The notes under the pieces are model-generated. The model did not search any database. It worked only from the letters and a program-made list of their open reading frames with translations, and was not told the origin of the DNA. 32,000 nt of DNA from NCBI GenBank assembly GCA_965234315.1, contig OZ248330.1, positions 3,704,688 to 3,736,687 of the forward strand, written 5' to 3'. The translations under genes and the position numbers were made by a program. This document shows, one piece after another, positions 14,668 to 22,255 of the stretch. Position 1 is the first letter of the stretch. Each line of letters starts with the position of its first letter. The DNA comes from Burkholderiaceae bacterium. Lineage in GTDB: Bacteria; Pseudomonadota; Gammaproteobacteria; Burkholderiales; Burkholderiaceae_B.

Positions 14668-16440
14668 TCAATCGCACTTTTTGAAGTTTTGTGCTTGGCA
14701 TTCTCTTGCAAGTTTTTGTGCCTCTGCTATTTGTTGCGGAGTCATTTTTTTTGCAACAATCATGCGATTTTTTGCTGCTTGGGCGTCGCCTTTTACTGCC
14801 GCTAAATTGAACCACATGTGCGCCCGCACGTAATCTTGTACAACACCTTTTCCGTCGCCGTACATAATGCCAATATTTAACTGAGCGCTTGCATTGCCTG
14901 CTTCTGCTGCCAACTTATACCAACGCATTGCTTCAGCGTAGTCTTGTACAACACCCTGTCCGTAGTTGTACATATATCCAATATTTGCATAAGCAACTGC
15001 TTGGCCTTGTGCTGCTGCCAACTTATACCAACGCATGGCTTCGGCGTAATCTTGCACAACACCTTTTTGGTTGTAGTACGTTGCACCAATGTTTAACTGA
15101 GCAACTGCATCACCCTGTGCTGCTGCCAGCTTATACCAACGCATGGCTTCAGCGTAGTCTTGTACAACACCCTGTCCGTTGTCATACATATATCCAATCG
15201 CAAACTGAGCACTTGCTTGACCTTGCGCTGCTGCCAATTTGTACCAACGCATGGCTTCAGCGTAGTCTTGTACGACACCCTGTCCGTAGTTGTACATCAC
15301 GCCAATGTTTAACTGAGCAACCGCATCACGCTGTGCTGCTGCCAACTTATACCAACGCATGGCTTCAGCGTAGTCTTGTACGACATTTTGTCCGTTGTTG
15401 TACATTCCGCCAATGTATAACTGAGCACTTGCATTGCCTTGTGTTGCTGCCAACTTATACCAACGCAATGCCTCTTCTACATTTTTGTTTGTCCCTAACC
15501 CTTCTAAATAAATTTTTCCCAAGTTCATTTGCGCAGCTGCGTCTGATTTGTCAGCTGCAAGTTTTGAAAGACGCATGGCTTCTGTGTAATTTTTTTCAAC
15601 CCCAGTACCTGTTGTGTAATTGAGAGCCAAATTACTTTGTGCAACTACAGAACCCCGCTCCGCCGCTAACTTGTACCGTCTATTCGCCTCTTTGTAGTCT
15701 TGCTTTACTCCCAACCCAGTAAAATACATATAGCCAATTGCAGATTGCGCATTTGGATCATCTTTCTCTGCCAATTTAAATAAACGCAATGCCTCCGTAA
15801 AATCTTTTCCAACACCCTCACCTTTTGCGTACATGTATCCCAACATTGTTTTGGCAGCTGCGTCTCCAGTCTCCGCAACCAGCCCAAACCATAGCATTGC
15901 CTCCCCAACATCTTTTTTTGTTCCAATGCCATCATAGTTATAGGCACCTACTTTTAGTTGAGCACTATAGTTACCCTTTTCCGCTGCTGCCAGGTATAAG
16001 TTGTAGGCCTCTTTGTCATCTTTCTTTAGCCCACCTTCTCCAGTTGCATACATGTCTGCCAAGTGTATTGATGCAGCAGCATCTCCGTTATTTGCAGCCA
16101 CTCTAAGCCATCGCACCGCTTCTACATTATTTTTTTCTGTACCATTTCCCCTGTAATAATTTATTCCCAAATTTGACTGCGCTGTTGTATTACCTTGCTC
16201 AGCTGCAAGTTTATATAACCTGTTCGCTTCTTTATAGTCCTGCTGTACTCCTATCCCGTTAAAGTACATATAACCAAGTGCTGACTGCGAATTTGCGTCG
16301 CCCAATTCAGTTGCAGTACGCCAATGCTTGATCGCCGCTGCGTAATCTTTTTTGTTGTAAGCAGCATGCCCATCCTCAAAACCGCTAGCCCACGCAGCAG
16401 AACTAAACATCAACAGCAGCGCAATCAATATTTTATTCAT
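14668..16440 (-). CDS. Secreted Sel1-like repeat (SLR/TPR-like) protein with about 15 repeats
   Basis: Signal peptide MNKILIALLLMFSSAAWA. It carries iterated 36-aa units of the form A..WY.KAA.QG.A.AQ..LG.MY..G.GV..D. AGGA RBS is present. Its start is 13 nt after the integrase stop. Confidence 0.9.
   Translation of the reverse strand: MNKILIALLLMFSSAAWASGFEDGHAAYNKKDYAAAIKHWRTATELGDANSQSALGYMYFNGIGVQQDYKEANRLYKLAAEQGNTTAQSNLGINYYRGNGTEKNNVEAVRWLRVAANNGDAAASIHLADMYATGEGGLKKDDKEAYNLYLAAAEKGNYSAQLKVGAYNYDGIGTKKDVGEAMLWFGLVAETGDAAAKTMLGYMYAKGEGVGKDFTEALRLFKLAEKDDPNAQSAIGYMYFTGLGVKQDYKEANRRYKLAAERGSVVAQSNLALNYTTGTGVEKNYTEAMRLSKLAADKSDAAAQMNLGKIYLEGLGTNKNVEEALRWYKLAATQGNASAQLYIGGMYNNGQNVVQDYAEAMRWYKLAAAQRDAVAQLNIGVMYNYGQGVVQDYAEAMRWYKLAAAQGQASAQFAIGYMYDNGQGVVQDYAEAMRWYKLAAAQGDAVAQLNIGATYYNQKGVVQDYAEAMRWYKLAAAQGQAVAYANIGYMYNYGQGVVQDYAEAMRWYKLAAEAGNASAQLNIGIMYGDGKGVVQDYVRAHMWFNLAAVKGDAQAAKNRMIVAKKMTPQQIAEAQKLARECQAQNFKKCD
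14845..15384. repeat. Five near-identical in-frame 108-bp tandem repeats inside the Sel1 gene (a sixth, more diverged unit runs to about 15492)
   Basis: The motif CAACTTATACCAACGCAT recurs at exactly 108-bp spacing (e.g. 14911 and 15019). It encodes VVQDYAEAMRWYKLAAAQG.A.AQ.NIG.MY..GQG. Confidence 0.85.
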
Positions 16441-16453
16441 CTCAATCCTTCAT

Positions 16454-17833
16454 TCATTTACCCTGTTCACCATCATAATCTTTACGTTTTCTATGCCGCT
16501 TGCTCTGCAGCATGCCAATATTCATCTCACCGCTTAAGGGCTTAGCGTAAAACCTGTCAATCATCTCCACACTAGTACGTGCGTTTCTTGCCAGCACTAA
16601 AGTATTCACACCCTCACCATACATCAACCTATACATAATACAAGTGTGCCGTAACGAATAAAGTGTTCTTGCTTCACCATTGCCGCCTATAGCCAATCCC
16701 GTATCCCACATCAATATTTCAAATTGTCGCTGTAGCTGTTTAAGTGCGTAATCTCTCTGCTTTTCGCCATATTCGGGCAAAAATACATAGTCATCGTCTT
16801 TGGCCATATTGCCATGCTCTGCGTGATATTTTTTATGCAGCAGGTACACATGGACTGCATATGGCATTGTTGTAATGGGATCGCTATGATTTTTAGTTGG
16901 CGGTATGCGTAAACGCAAATACTTGTAGTCAGCATCAATCACATCAATGTGTTTGTGCTTCATAAATTTAATATCAGTCGGTCGTATGTAGCTAGACGTC
17001 ATAAACACAATCAGCCTTCGCAAGTCTTCCGTCATAGTTACTCTACGCATCAAACTGCCCAGCTTTGTTTTTTTACTTTCTTTGTCTATGTATTGTGTCT
17101 GCGTTTCACCTTTGTTATTTTTATACTTACGAACCTCTATCGTTTTTCCTAAATATCTCTGTGCAGCATTCCACACCTTTCTATATTCGCCAGTCGTAAA
17201 CCATCCTCTTGCTTTATCTTTCACACGCACACTGGGAAACTCTGGCACTGACTGGATGAGCTTGTTACGATGTGCAAATGACAGCACTTTGCGAACTAAC
17301 CGCATGTAAGCACTGACGGTAGAAGTGCTTAGCTGTTGTTTACTCAGTTCGCTTAAATAATCGCCCAACACAGCGTAATCAACATCACTAACATTTAGAT
17401 GTCTAAAGTACGGCAGAACACTTTTGTCAAAACGGTACTTGGTATTGTCGTACGTAATTTGCGTCAGCTCACCACGTGCCAACTTGCCCTTCTCTTCCTT
17501 CAATAGCTCTTGTGTGCAAGTCTCAAAATTCGCCTTGCCACCAGCAGTAATTCCGTGCCTCAAGTTATACGTAACGGTGTCGTAAAAATCTTTAGCAAAA
17601 GCCAGTGCTTTGCGCTTGTCTGTTTGCTTAGTTGTTTTACGAATTGTCTTGCCACTCACATACAACCGCACCCACCAGTACTTGCTAGCTGGCAATGTGT
17701 ATATGAAAAGTGTTTGTGGAAAGCCAGGTACGTACGCTGTCTCCGTAGCAAGCGTTCTATGTCTTGTCTGCGTAGCAGTGCTTTTCGTAGCTGTTTTAGT
17801 CTTTTTCATCACAATCATCGCCTTGTAACCCAC
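16454..17833 (-). CDS. int: Tyrosine integrase (phage/island type with an N-terminal arm-binding-like domain)
   Basis: 459-aa ORF with C-terminal LYSLRHTCIMY (H-x-x-R region) and MIDRFYAKP (catalytic Tyr region). It lies 150 nt from the tRNA-Val 3' end. Confidence 0.9.
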   Translation of the reverse strand: MGYKAMIVMKKTKTATKSTATQTRHRTLATETAYVPGFPQTLFIYTLPASKYWWVRLYVSGKTIRKTTKQTDKRKALAFAKDFYDTVTYNLRHGITAGGKANFETCTQELLKEEKGKLARGELTQITYDNTKYRFDKSVLPYFRHLNVSDVDYAVLGDYLSELSKQQLSTSTVSAYMRLVRKVLSFAHRNKLIQSVPEFPSVRVKDKARGWFTTGEYRKVWNAAQRYLGKTIEVRKYKNNKGETQTQYIDKESKKTKLGSLMRRVTMTEDLRRLIVFMTSSYIRPTDIKFMKHKHIDVIDADYKYLRLRIPPTKNHSDPITTMPYAVHVYLLHKKYHAEHGNMAKDDDYVFLPEYGEKQRDYALKQLQRQFEILMWDTGLAIGGNGEARTLYSLRHTCIMYRLMYGEGVNTLVLARNARTSVEMIDRFYAKPLSGEMNIGMLQSKRHRKRKDYDGEQGK

Positions 17834-17883
17834 ATGCTACATAGCTTTAGGCGATTTTGCGATGAAAAGATAAGGAAAAAACA

Positions 17884-17926
17884 GTAGTACAAAATGAAAA
17901 AAGTAGTACACGCATTGTGCACTACT
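17884..17926. repeat. Putative integrase arm-type sites, right arm: 2 x GTAGTACA direct (17884, 17903) plus an inverted AGTAGTGC (17919-17926)
   Basis: Same architecture as 5097-5130. It lies 57 nt inside the right att repeat, between int and the tRNA. Confidence 0.55.
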
Positions 17927-17982
17927 TTTCTCTTTTAAAAAAATCCAAATCATCTGCAAGTGATTGATTTTACAGAGGAATT

Positions 17983-18057
17983 TGGTAGGCGGTATTGGTT
18001 TCGAACCAACGACCCCTGCCGTGTGAAGGCAGTGCTCTACCACTGAGCTAACCGCCC
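17983..18057 (-). tRNA. tRNA-Val: tRNA-Val (anticodon CAC), 75 nt with encoded CCA
   Basis: Hand-folded cloverleaf: GGGCGGT-TA-GCTC-AGTGGTA-GAGC-A-CTGCC-TTCACAC-GGCAG-GGGTC-GTTGG-TTCGAAA-CCAAT-ACCGCCT-A-CCA. It has U33, A37 and A73. There is a G1-U72 wobble. Confidence 0.9.
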
Positions 18058-18125
18058 GGTTTGATGCGCACTTTTGGTGGCTGGTTAAAATCTAGAAAAT
18101 TTTCTAGGAACCAAATTATACACAG

Positions 18126-18608
18126 TCAGCGTGTTGGCTCACGCTGAGCAGGACACAAGGAAAGGAAAAAAACTACAGCGAGGATTGGCATCACGGCCCA
18201 GTTGAGTGCCACGCCCGGGGCAACTCCCTCGGTTATCACTGGTTTTAAGTGGCCTACATAAGCTCGCAGGAACGGTTCAAGCATAAAAACAAGCAGTACA
18301 AGTGGTACAAATCCTCGGTAGCGTAATAAAAGCACCCAAAGCAACAACGCCAACAATAGCTGGATGGCACCCAATTGCCCGAGCATAGCGACAATATTCG
18401 CGCCGCCTGCAACAGATACGTCTATTGTTGCGATACTGTGTGCACCACTATCGTAAACAAGCATATGTATCAGACTGCGCACAGTAATCATGCACAGATA
18501 TAACAACGCGATCCACCAAGCTAGTGCTGGACCGCCTGCAGTAGAAGGATTGGCAGGAAGTAATGCGGCCAGATCAGGTCGCCAGACGTTGGGCAGCATA
18601 TTATTCAC
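18126..18608 (-). CDS. Hypothetical integral membrane protein (about 4 TM helices)
   Basis: 160-aa hydrophobic ORF. No family recognised. Confidence 0.6.
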   Translation of the reverse strand: MNNMLPNVWRPDLAALLPANPSTAGGPALAWWIALLYLCMITVRSLIHMLVYDSGAHSIATIDVSVAGGANIVAMLGQLGAIQLLLALLLWVLLLRYRGFVPLVLLVFMLEPFLRAYVGHLKPVITEGVAPGVALNWAVMPILAVVFFLSLCPAQREPTR

Positions 18609-18824
18609 AAGCGCTCCATCAATTTAAGTCTTACATTGGGCAAAGAGTTAATCATAAATCCACACGGCGCGTTATACACAGCCGCGCCCGACTACTTCAA
18701 CGACGGCAAGAGCGTTGAGATAGAAAGGCCGCCTCCCAGTGCAGAAACCGGTCAGTTTCCCTTAGATTTGCTCATGGACTGCAGTCCCCGCTGCAACACC
18801 ATATTTTGTACGACTTGCCAGCCC

Positions 18825-20120
18825 TTACCCCTTTGGGCAACCATTCTCTAATGGTTTTCCGGCAATACGATCCTTTACCCACTCAAGATACATAGGGGCA
18901 GAAACGCCGGGAGTTGTAAAGTGTGTTTGCTCACCTGGCAGCTGAACTCTCGCTACATTTGCCCCCATTGCACACATCTGCTTTTGATAAAGCTCATGCA
19001 TAACCGGAGGCACGACAGTATCTTTTGTACCCCAATAAATCGCGACGGGCGCGACTGGCTTTACAGGTTTGACGCTACCATCAACAAACGCCTTAATCCA
19101 TGCCGACGAGTTAGTGGCTTGGGGATTCACTAGAGATTTATATTTGTCTCCATAGGCATAGTTAAACGAATCACCCATCACATGAACGCATTTATTACTT
19201 GATAATTGATCCGCAACTTTTGCACCTTCTTCAGTCAGTAAATCAGTGAGCTTTAGATCGGGATAGGCGGCTTGAGTGCCCCAGAGCCCCATCATAAAGT
19301 GGGTAAATAAGAATACGTTCGAGACATTCGCCTCAATAAACTCTTTCATCACTTTGCCCGCACCAGCTGCATCGAGCTGAACCTTTGGAAGTACGGCTGC
19401 TAAATCCTCTGGCGCCAAGGCGACAAATCCAAGGTACTGCAGATTATCTGAAGCAGTACCTTGCAGAGCCTGATAGTCAGGCAGACTTGCCGCTGCAATC
19501 GTTGCACCCCCACCCTGTGACCAACCATAAACAACAGTCTTTTTACCCGCACCGACTTCTGTCATAGAGCTCACTGCTCGCGCAGAGTTAATGACATCTC
19601 TGCCATTAGTTTGTGCAACGGCATATTGATGCTTACCACCACCGCCAAGACCTTGGTAATCGGTGGCAACAACGACATAGCCTTCGTTAATAAACTCTTG
19701 ACCCTTCGGAATCCCATAGTCAGTCCAAGAGTTTCCATTCATTAGAAAGTACTCATTGAGCTCACGAGTTGGATCAATCACTTGGGAGGGGCCACAGTTT
19801 TGGGCAGAGCCTGTTGTGCCATGGGCCCAGGCCAAAATGGGCCTACCTTCTTTAGGGGCCAGGCCAACAGGGGCGATCACCAGTGCCGTAGCGATTGTCT
19901 TACGCTCACCGACATCAGATGAAATGTAGGCAATTTTCCAAGCCTGCGCGCCTTTGAGTGAGGTCTGAATCTGCTCTTTTTTGATCACTTGACCCAACAC
20001 TCCGGTAGGGCTCATTTGTATGACCGACTCATAAAAAGGCGCAACAGGAGGCGCTGCCAACGCATTAGAAAAAGCAAAACACAAACTCGCGACGGCTAGG
20101 TTTTGAACTAGTGATTTCAT
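18825..20120 (-). CDS. Secreted alpha/beta-hydrolase, secretory-lipase (LIP)-family-like
   Basis: Signal peptide ...AFSNALA|AP. It has the nucleophile elbow GWSQGG, and its 431-aa size and ATDYQGLGG motif are consistent with LIP-type lipases. Confidence 0.7.
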   Translation of the reverse strand: MKSLVQNLAVASLCFAFSNALAAPPVAPFYESVIQMSPTGVLGQVIKKEQIQTSLKGAQAWKIAYISSDVGERKTIATALVIAPVGLAPKEGRPILAWAHGTTGSAQNCGPSQVIDPTRELNEYFLMNGNSWTDYGIPKGQEFINEGYVVVATDYQGLGGGGKHQYAVAQTNGRDVINSARAVSSMTEVGAGKKTVVYGWSQGGGATIAAASLPDYQALQGTASDNLQYLGFVALAPEDLAAVLPKVQLDAAGAGKVMKEFIEANVSNVFLFTHFMMGLWGTQAAYPDLKLTDLLTEEGAKVADQLSSNKCVHVMGDSFNYAYGDKYKSLVNPQATNSSAWIKAFVDGSVKPVKPVAPVAIYWGTKDTVVPPVMHELYQKQMCAMGANVARVQLPGEQTHFTTPGVSAPMYLEWVKDRIAGKPLENGCPKG

Positions 20121-20340
20121 ATGTCATTCCTGTGGCTGTAAGTATATTAAGTGATACGTTCTTAAGCGGGCCATTTGTAAGCGCTCGCCAAGAATAAAGT
20201 TTCACTGACTCATCAAAGCACGCCGAAGCACTCAATGTCGTGCTTTACGGGAGTAAAATCCTAACATAATCTATATATTTGGGCTCCCAAACTAAGGGGC
20301 CAAAAACTTGAATAAACGAACTTTTTGAACCCTTTAAATC

Positions 20341-21123
20341 ATGAAAAAAACCGCCCTCATCGCCGCAACGTTATTCAGTGCATTTACCTCACTGAACGTA
20401 TATGCCCAAGATAAACCGGTTGCCGTCCCTCAAGTGACTAACGAGTGGCACGGCTCAATTTCTCCCTACCTATGGGGTGTCAATGTGAATGGGTCGCTCT
20501 ATTACGACCAGTCGAAACTCGGCACGGTCAGTATGGGAACAGGTCAATTGTTGCAAGATTTGAATGTTGGTGGCATGCTTTTTGCCGAATTACATAAAGG
20601 TAATTTCGGTGTCATGGCTGATTTGTTTTACGCAAAAATGACCCTGAACAAATCATCCGTTGTTCGCCAAGTGGATCTTGGCTCGAAGACTACGCTAGAA
20701 ACTGGGGTCTATACCTTGGCCGGTACCTATACTTTGCATAACACCAATAATAGTTATGTTGACGCGCTTGCAGGTGTTCGTGTTTTGTCCTTAAACACAA
20801 GAACCGACATCAGTATCGGGGATACACCCTATAACGCGGTTGCAAAGATGTCGTCGACCATCGCTGATCCAATCGTGGGTGTCAAAGGACGTTTTCGTAT
20901 TGCTGATACAGATTATTTTGTACCGTTTTACGTGGATGTGGGTGGTGGCAGCTCAAACACCGAGGTCACCTCGCAACAATTGCTTGGCATCGGTAAAGCT
21001 TACGGCTGGGGCGAAGCTACCCTCGCATTTAAGAATCTGTATTACAAACAAAAAAGTCAAAGCAACGCGACGGCCGACCTAAACATGTATGGCGTGATCG
21101 TGGGGGCAACGTTTAGATTCTGA
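20341..21123 (+). CDS. Outer-membrane beta-barrel protein
   Basis: Signal peptide MKKTALIAATLFSAFTSLNVYA. It shows alternating amphipathic strands and the C-terminal ...GATFRF signature. Confidence 0.7.
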   Translation: MKKTALIAATLFSAFTSLNVYAQDKPVAVPQVTNEWHGSISPYLWGVNVNGSLYYDQSKLGTVSMGTGQLLQDLNVGGMLFAELHKGNFGVMADLFYAKMTLNKSSVVRQVDLGSKTTLETGVYTLAGTYTLHNTNNSYVDALAGVRVLSLNTRTDISIGDTPYNAVAKMSSTIADPIVGVKGRFRIADTDYFVPFYVDVGGGSSNTEVTSQQLLGIGKAYGWGEATLAFKNLYYKQKSQSNATADLNMYGVIVGATFRF

Positions 21124-21319
21124 GGCGAACGTTGGCTGGACTTTTTCTGTACAAGCTCACTCAAGAAAACCCGCCAAGGCTATGTGCGTAAGCATATCCT
21201 CAAACCGGTGGGTTACTTTTTTGTGAAATCGAATTTTGCAGTGAACACACCCTGGTAACAACTAAACGGCTTTTCAAGAAACTCTCTACTTCTTGCGCGC
21301 AACAGGCAGCTCATCTTCA

Positions 21320-21469
21320 TCAAAAGGTTCTCCAAGGACCTAGTGGTAAACCAGCAAGCTCAACATCCGCATTGTAGGCAGACATAAATTCTGCATACTC
21401 AGATTGCCAACGCCGATCTTGTTCTTGCTGGGCGAGTTTTCGCAAAAACACATATTCTTTCTTTGACAT
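21320..21469 (-). CDS. Unlisted 49-aa ORF resembling only the C-terminal (toxin-binding) part of CcdA-family antitoxins
   Basis: My translation gives MSKKEYVFLRKLAQQEQDRRWQSEYAEFMSAYNADVELAGLPLGPWRTF*. It fits the W..E......YN..VE..G......R.F pattern I recall for CcdA C-termini. No RHH domain and no CcdB partner are present. Confidence 0.4.
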   Translation of the reverse strand: MSKKEYVFLRKLAQQEQDRRWQSEYAEFMSAYNADVELAGLPLGPWRTF

Positions 21470-21544
21470 ATTTATACTCAGTTAGTTTGCTTGATGGGCG
21501 GCTTTCAATCCGCATTAGCCCCCCTCGACACTAGCTGCTCCCAT

Positions 21545-22021
21545 TTACTTCAACGAGGGCCAAAGCGTTGTCACCATCAAGCCAAAAACGCTTAGGCACA
21601 TAGTTGCGACTCCTCCGCCAATCCAAAGAACAACCTTGTGCGAACTTGTAAGCACTGTGACATCAGCGCGCAAGCCAGCAAAGTCTGCACGCAAACCAAC
21701 AAATTCAGCTATGCAGCCATCAATCTTCGCTTCAAGGCGACCTGTCTTAGCCTCGAGCCGATCGGTTTTCTCTTCGAGCTGTTTGATCTCAGCCTTCACC
21801 TCGCTACCCAACGCAATTAAATCAGCCTTGGTTGCGTACTGCCCGCACTCTCGCTCAAGCACCTTTTGCAACTGTTTTAAATCAGCCTTGGTCGCATACT
21901 GCACGCACTCTCGTTCAAGAACCTCTTGCAATTCTTGTGCATGAACTTCAGCTTGGGCGCGAGGCAGGCCCGTATTAACCAGTTTTGTGGCGTAGGCCAA
22001 AGAATTAAACATAGTCATCAT
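21545..22021 (-). CDS. Coiled-coil protein with a C-terminal TM anchor (DUF1640/CCDC90-like)
   Basis: 158 aa with ATKADL..L motifs. It has three internal short duplications and the C-terminal TM segment VVLWIGGGVATMCLSVFGLMV. Confidence 0.55.
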   Translation of the reverse strand: MMTMFNSLAYATKLVNTGLPRAQAEVHAQELQEVLERECVQYATKADLKQLQKVLERECGQYATKADLIALGSEVKAEIKQLEEKTDRLEAKTGRLEAKIDGCIAEFVGLRADFAGLRADVTVLTSSHKVVLWIGGGVATMCLSVFGLMVTTLWPSLK

Positions 22022-22255
22022 GCATCCTTCAACATTGAATCTTTAGGCTAGACCGCCTGCAGTCTCCACTTTGAACTGCCGCAAAGTCAAACGCAATAGC
22101 CTGGGCCAAACTCTTACAAACACTTACATAAGCCTGCTAAAAAGAGCTATAAACCCGCCCTAATCGTCTGACGACAAAGCGAGCCAAGCCAGGCGTGCCA
22201 TCCCAACCAAAATCAGCCATAATCCTAGTCAAACAACATTGATACGAGACGAGCC

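Larger units (their letters stand above)
4994..18027. mobile_element. tRNA-Val-integrated genomic island. Repeat-to-repeat distance is 12,989 bp, or about 10.5 kb without the IS21 insertion
   Basis: Bounded by the 45-nt tRNA-derived direct repeats. The integrase is adjacent to the tRNA and arm-type repeats lie inside both ends. Spot base counts of single lines are clearly more AT-rich than the flanks. The cargo is orphan genes plus an IS. Confidence 0.75.

Noticed and set aside
14845-15492. Regularly spaced near-identical repeats that could be mistaken for a CRISPR array
   Set aside because: The period is 108 bp with no unique spacers. The units are contiguous, in frame within a 590-aa ORF, and encode canonical Sel1 repeats.
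14877-16106. Long alternative-frame ORFs (14889..15623 +, 14877..15089 -, 15093..15278 -, 15705..15947 -, 15825..16106 +)
   Set aside because: They lie entirely inside the Sel1 gene. Their repetitive, low-complexity translations are a by-product of the tandem repeats keeping other frames open.
17837-18043. 68-aa ORF on the minus strand
   Set aside because: It overlaps the tRNA-Val gene and the att arm region and has no RBS. The tRNA explains the sequence.
18092-18107. Perfect 16-bp palindrome CTAGAAAATTTTCTAG between the membrane-protein gene and tRNA-Val
   Set aside because: It is A/T-only apart from the ends. It could be a weak terminator or a tRNA promoter-region operator, but a single copy with no partner protein is not enough for a call.
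18636-18851. 71-aa plus-strand ORF in the gap before the lipase gene
   Set aside because: It has a non-ATG start, no RBS, overlaps the lipase stop region, and has a Cys/Pro-rich odd composition. It is probably non-coding.
21213-21320. 35-aa ORF overlapping the CcdA-like stop by 1 nt, considered as a CcdB toxin remnant
   Set aside because: It is too short, and its sequence (MKMSCLLRARSREFLEKPFSCYQGVFTAKFDFTKK) shows nothing of the CcdB pattern I know. It cannot be supported.
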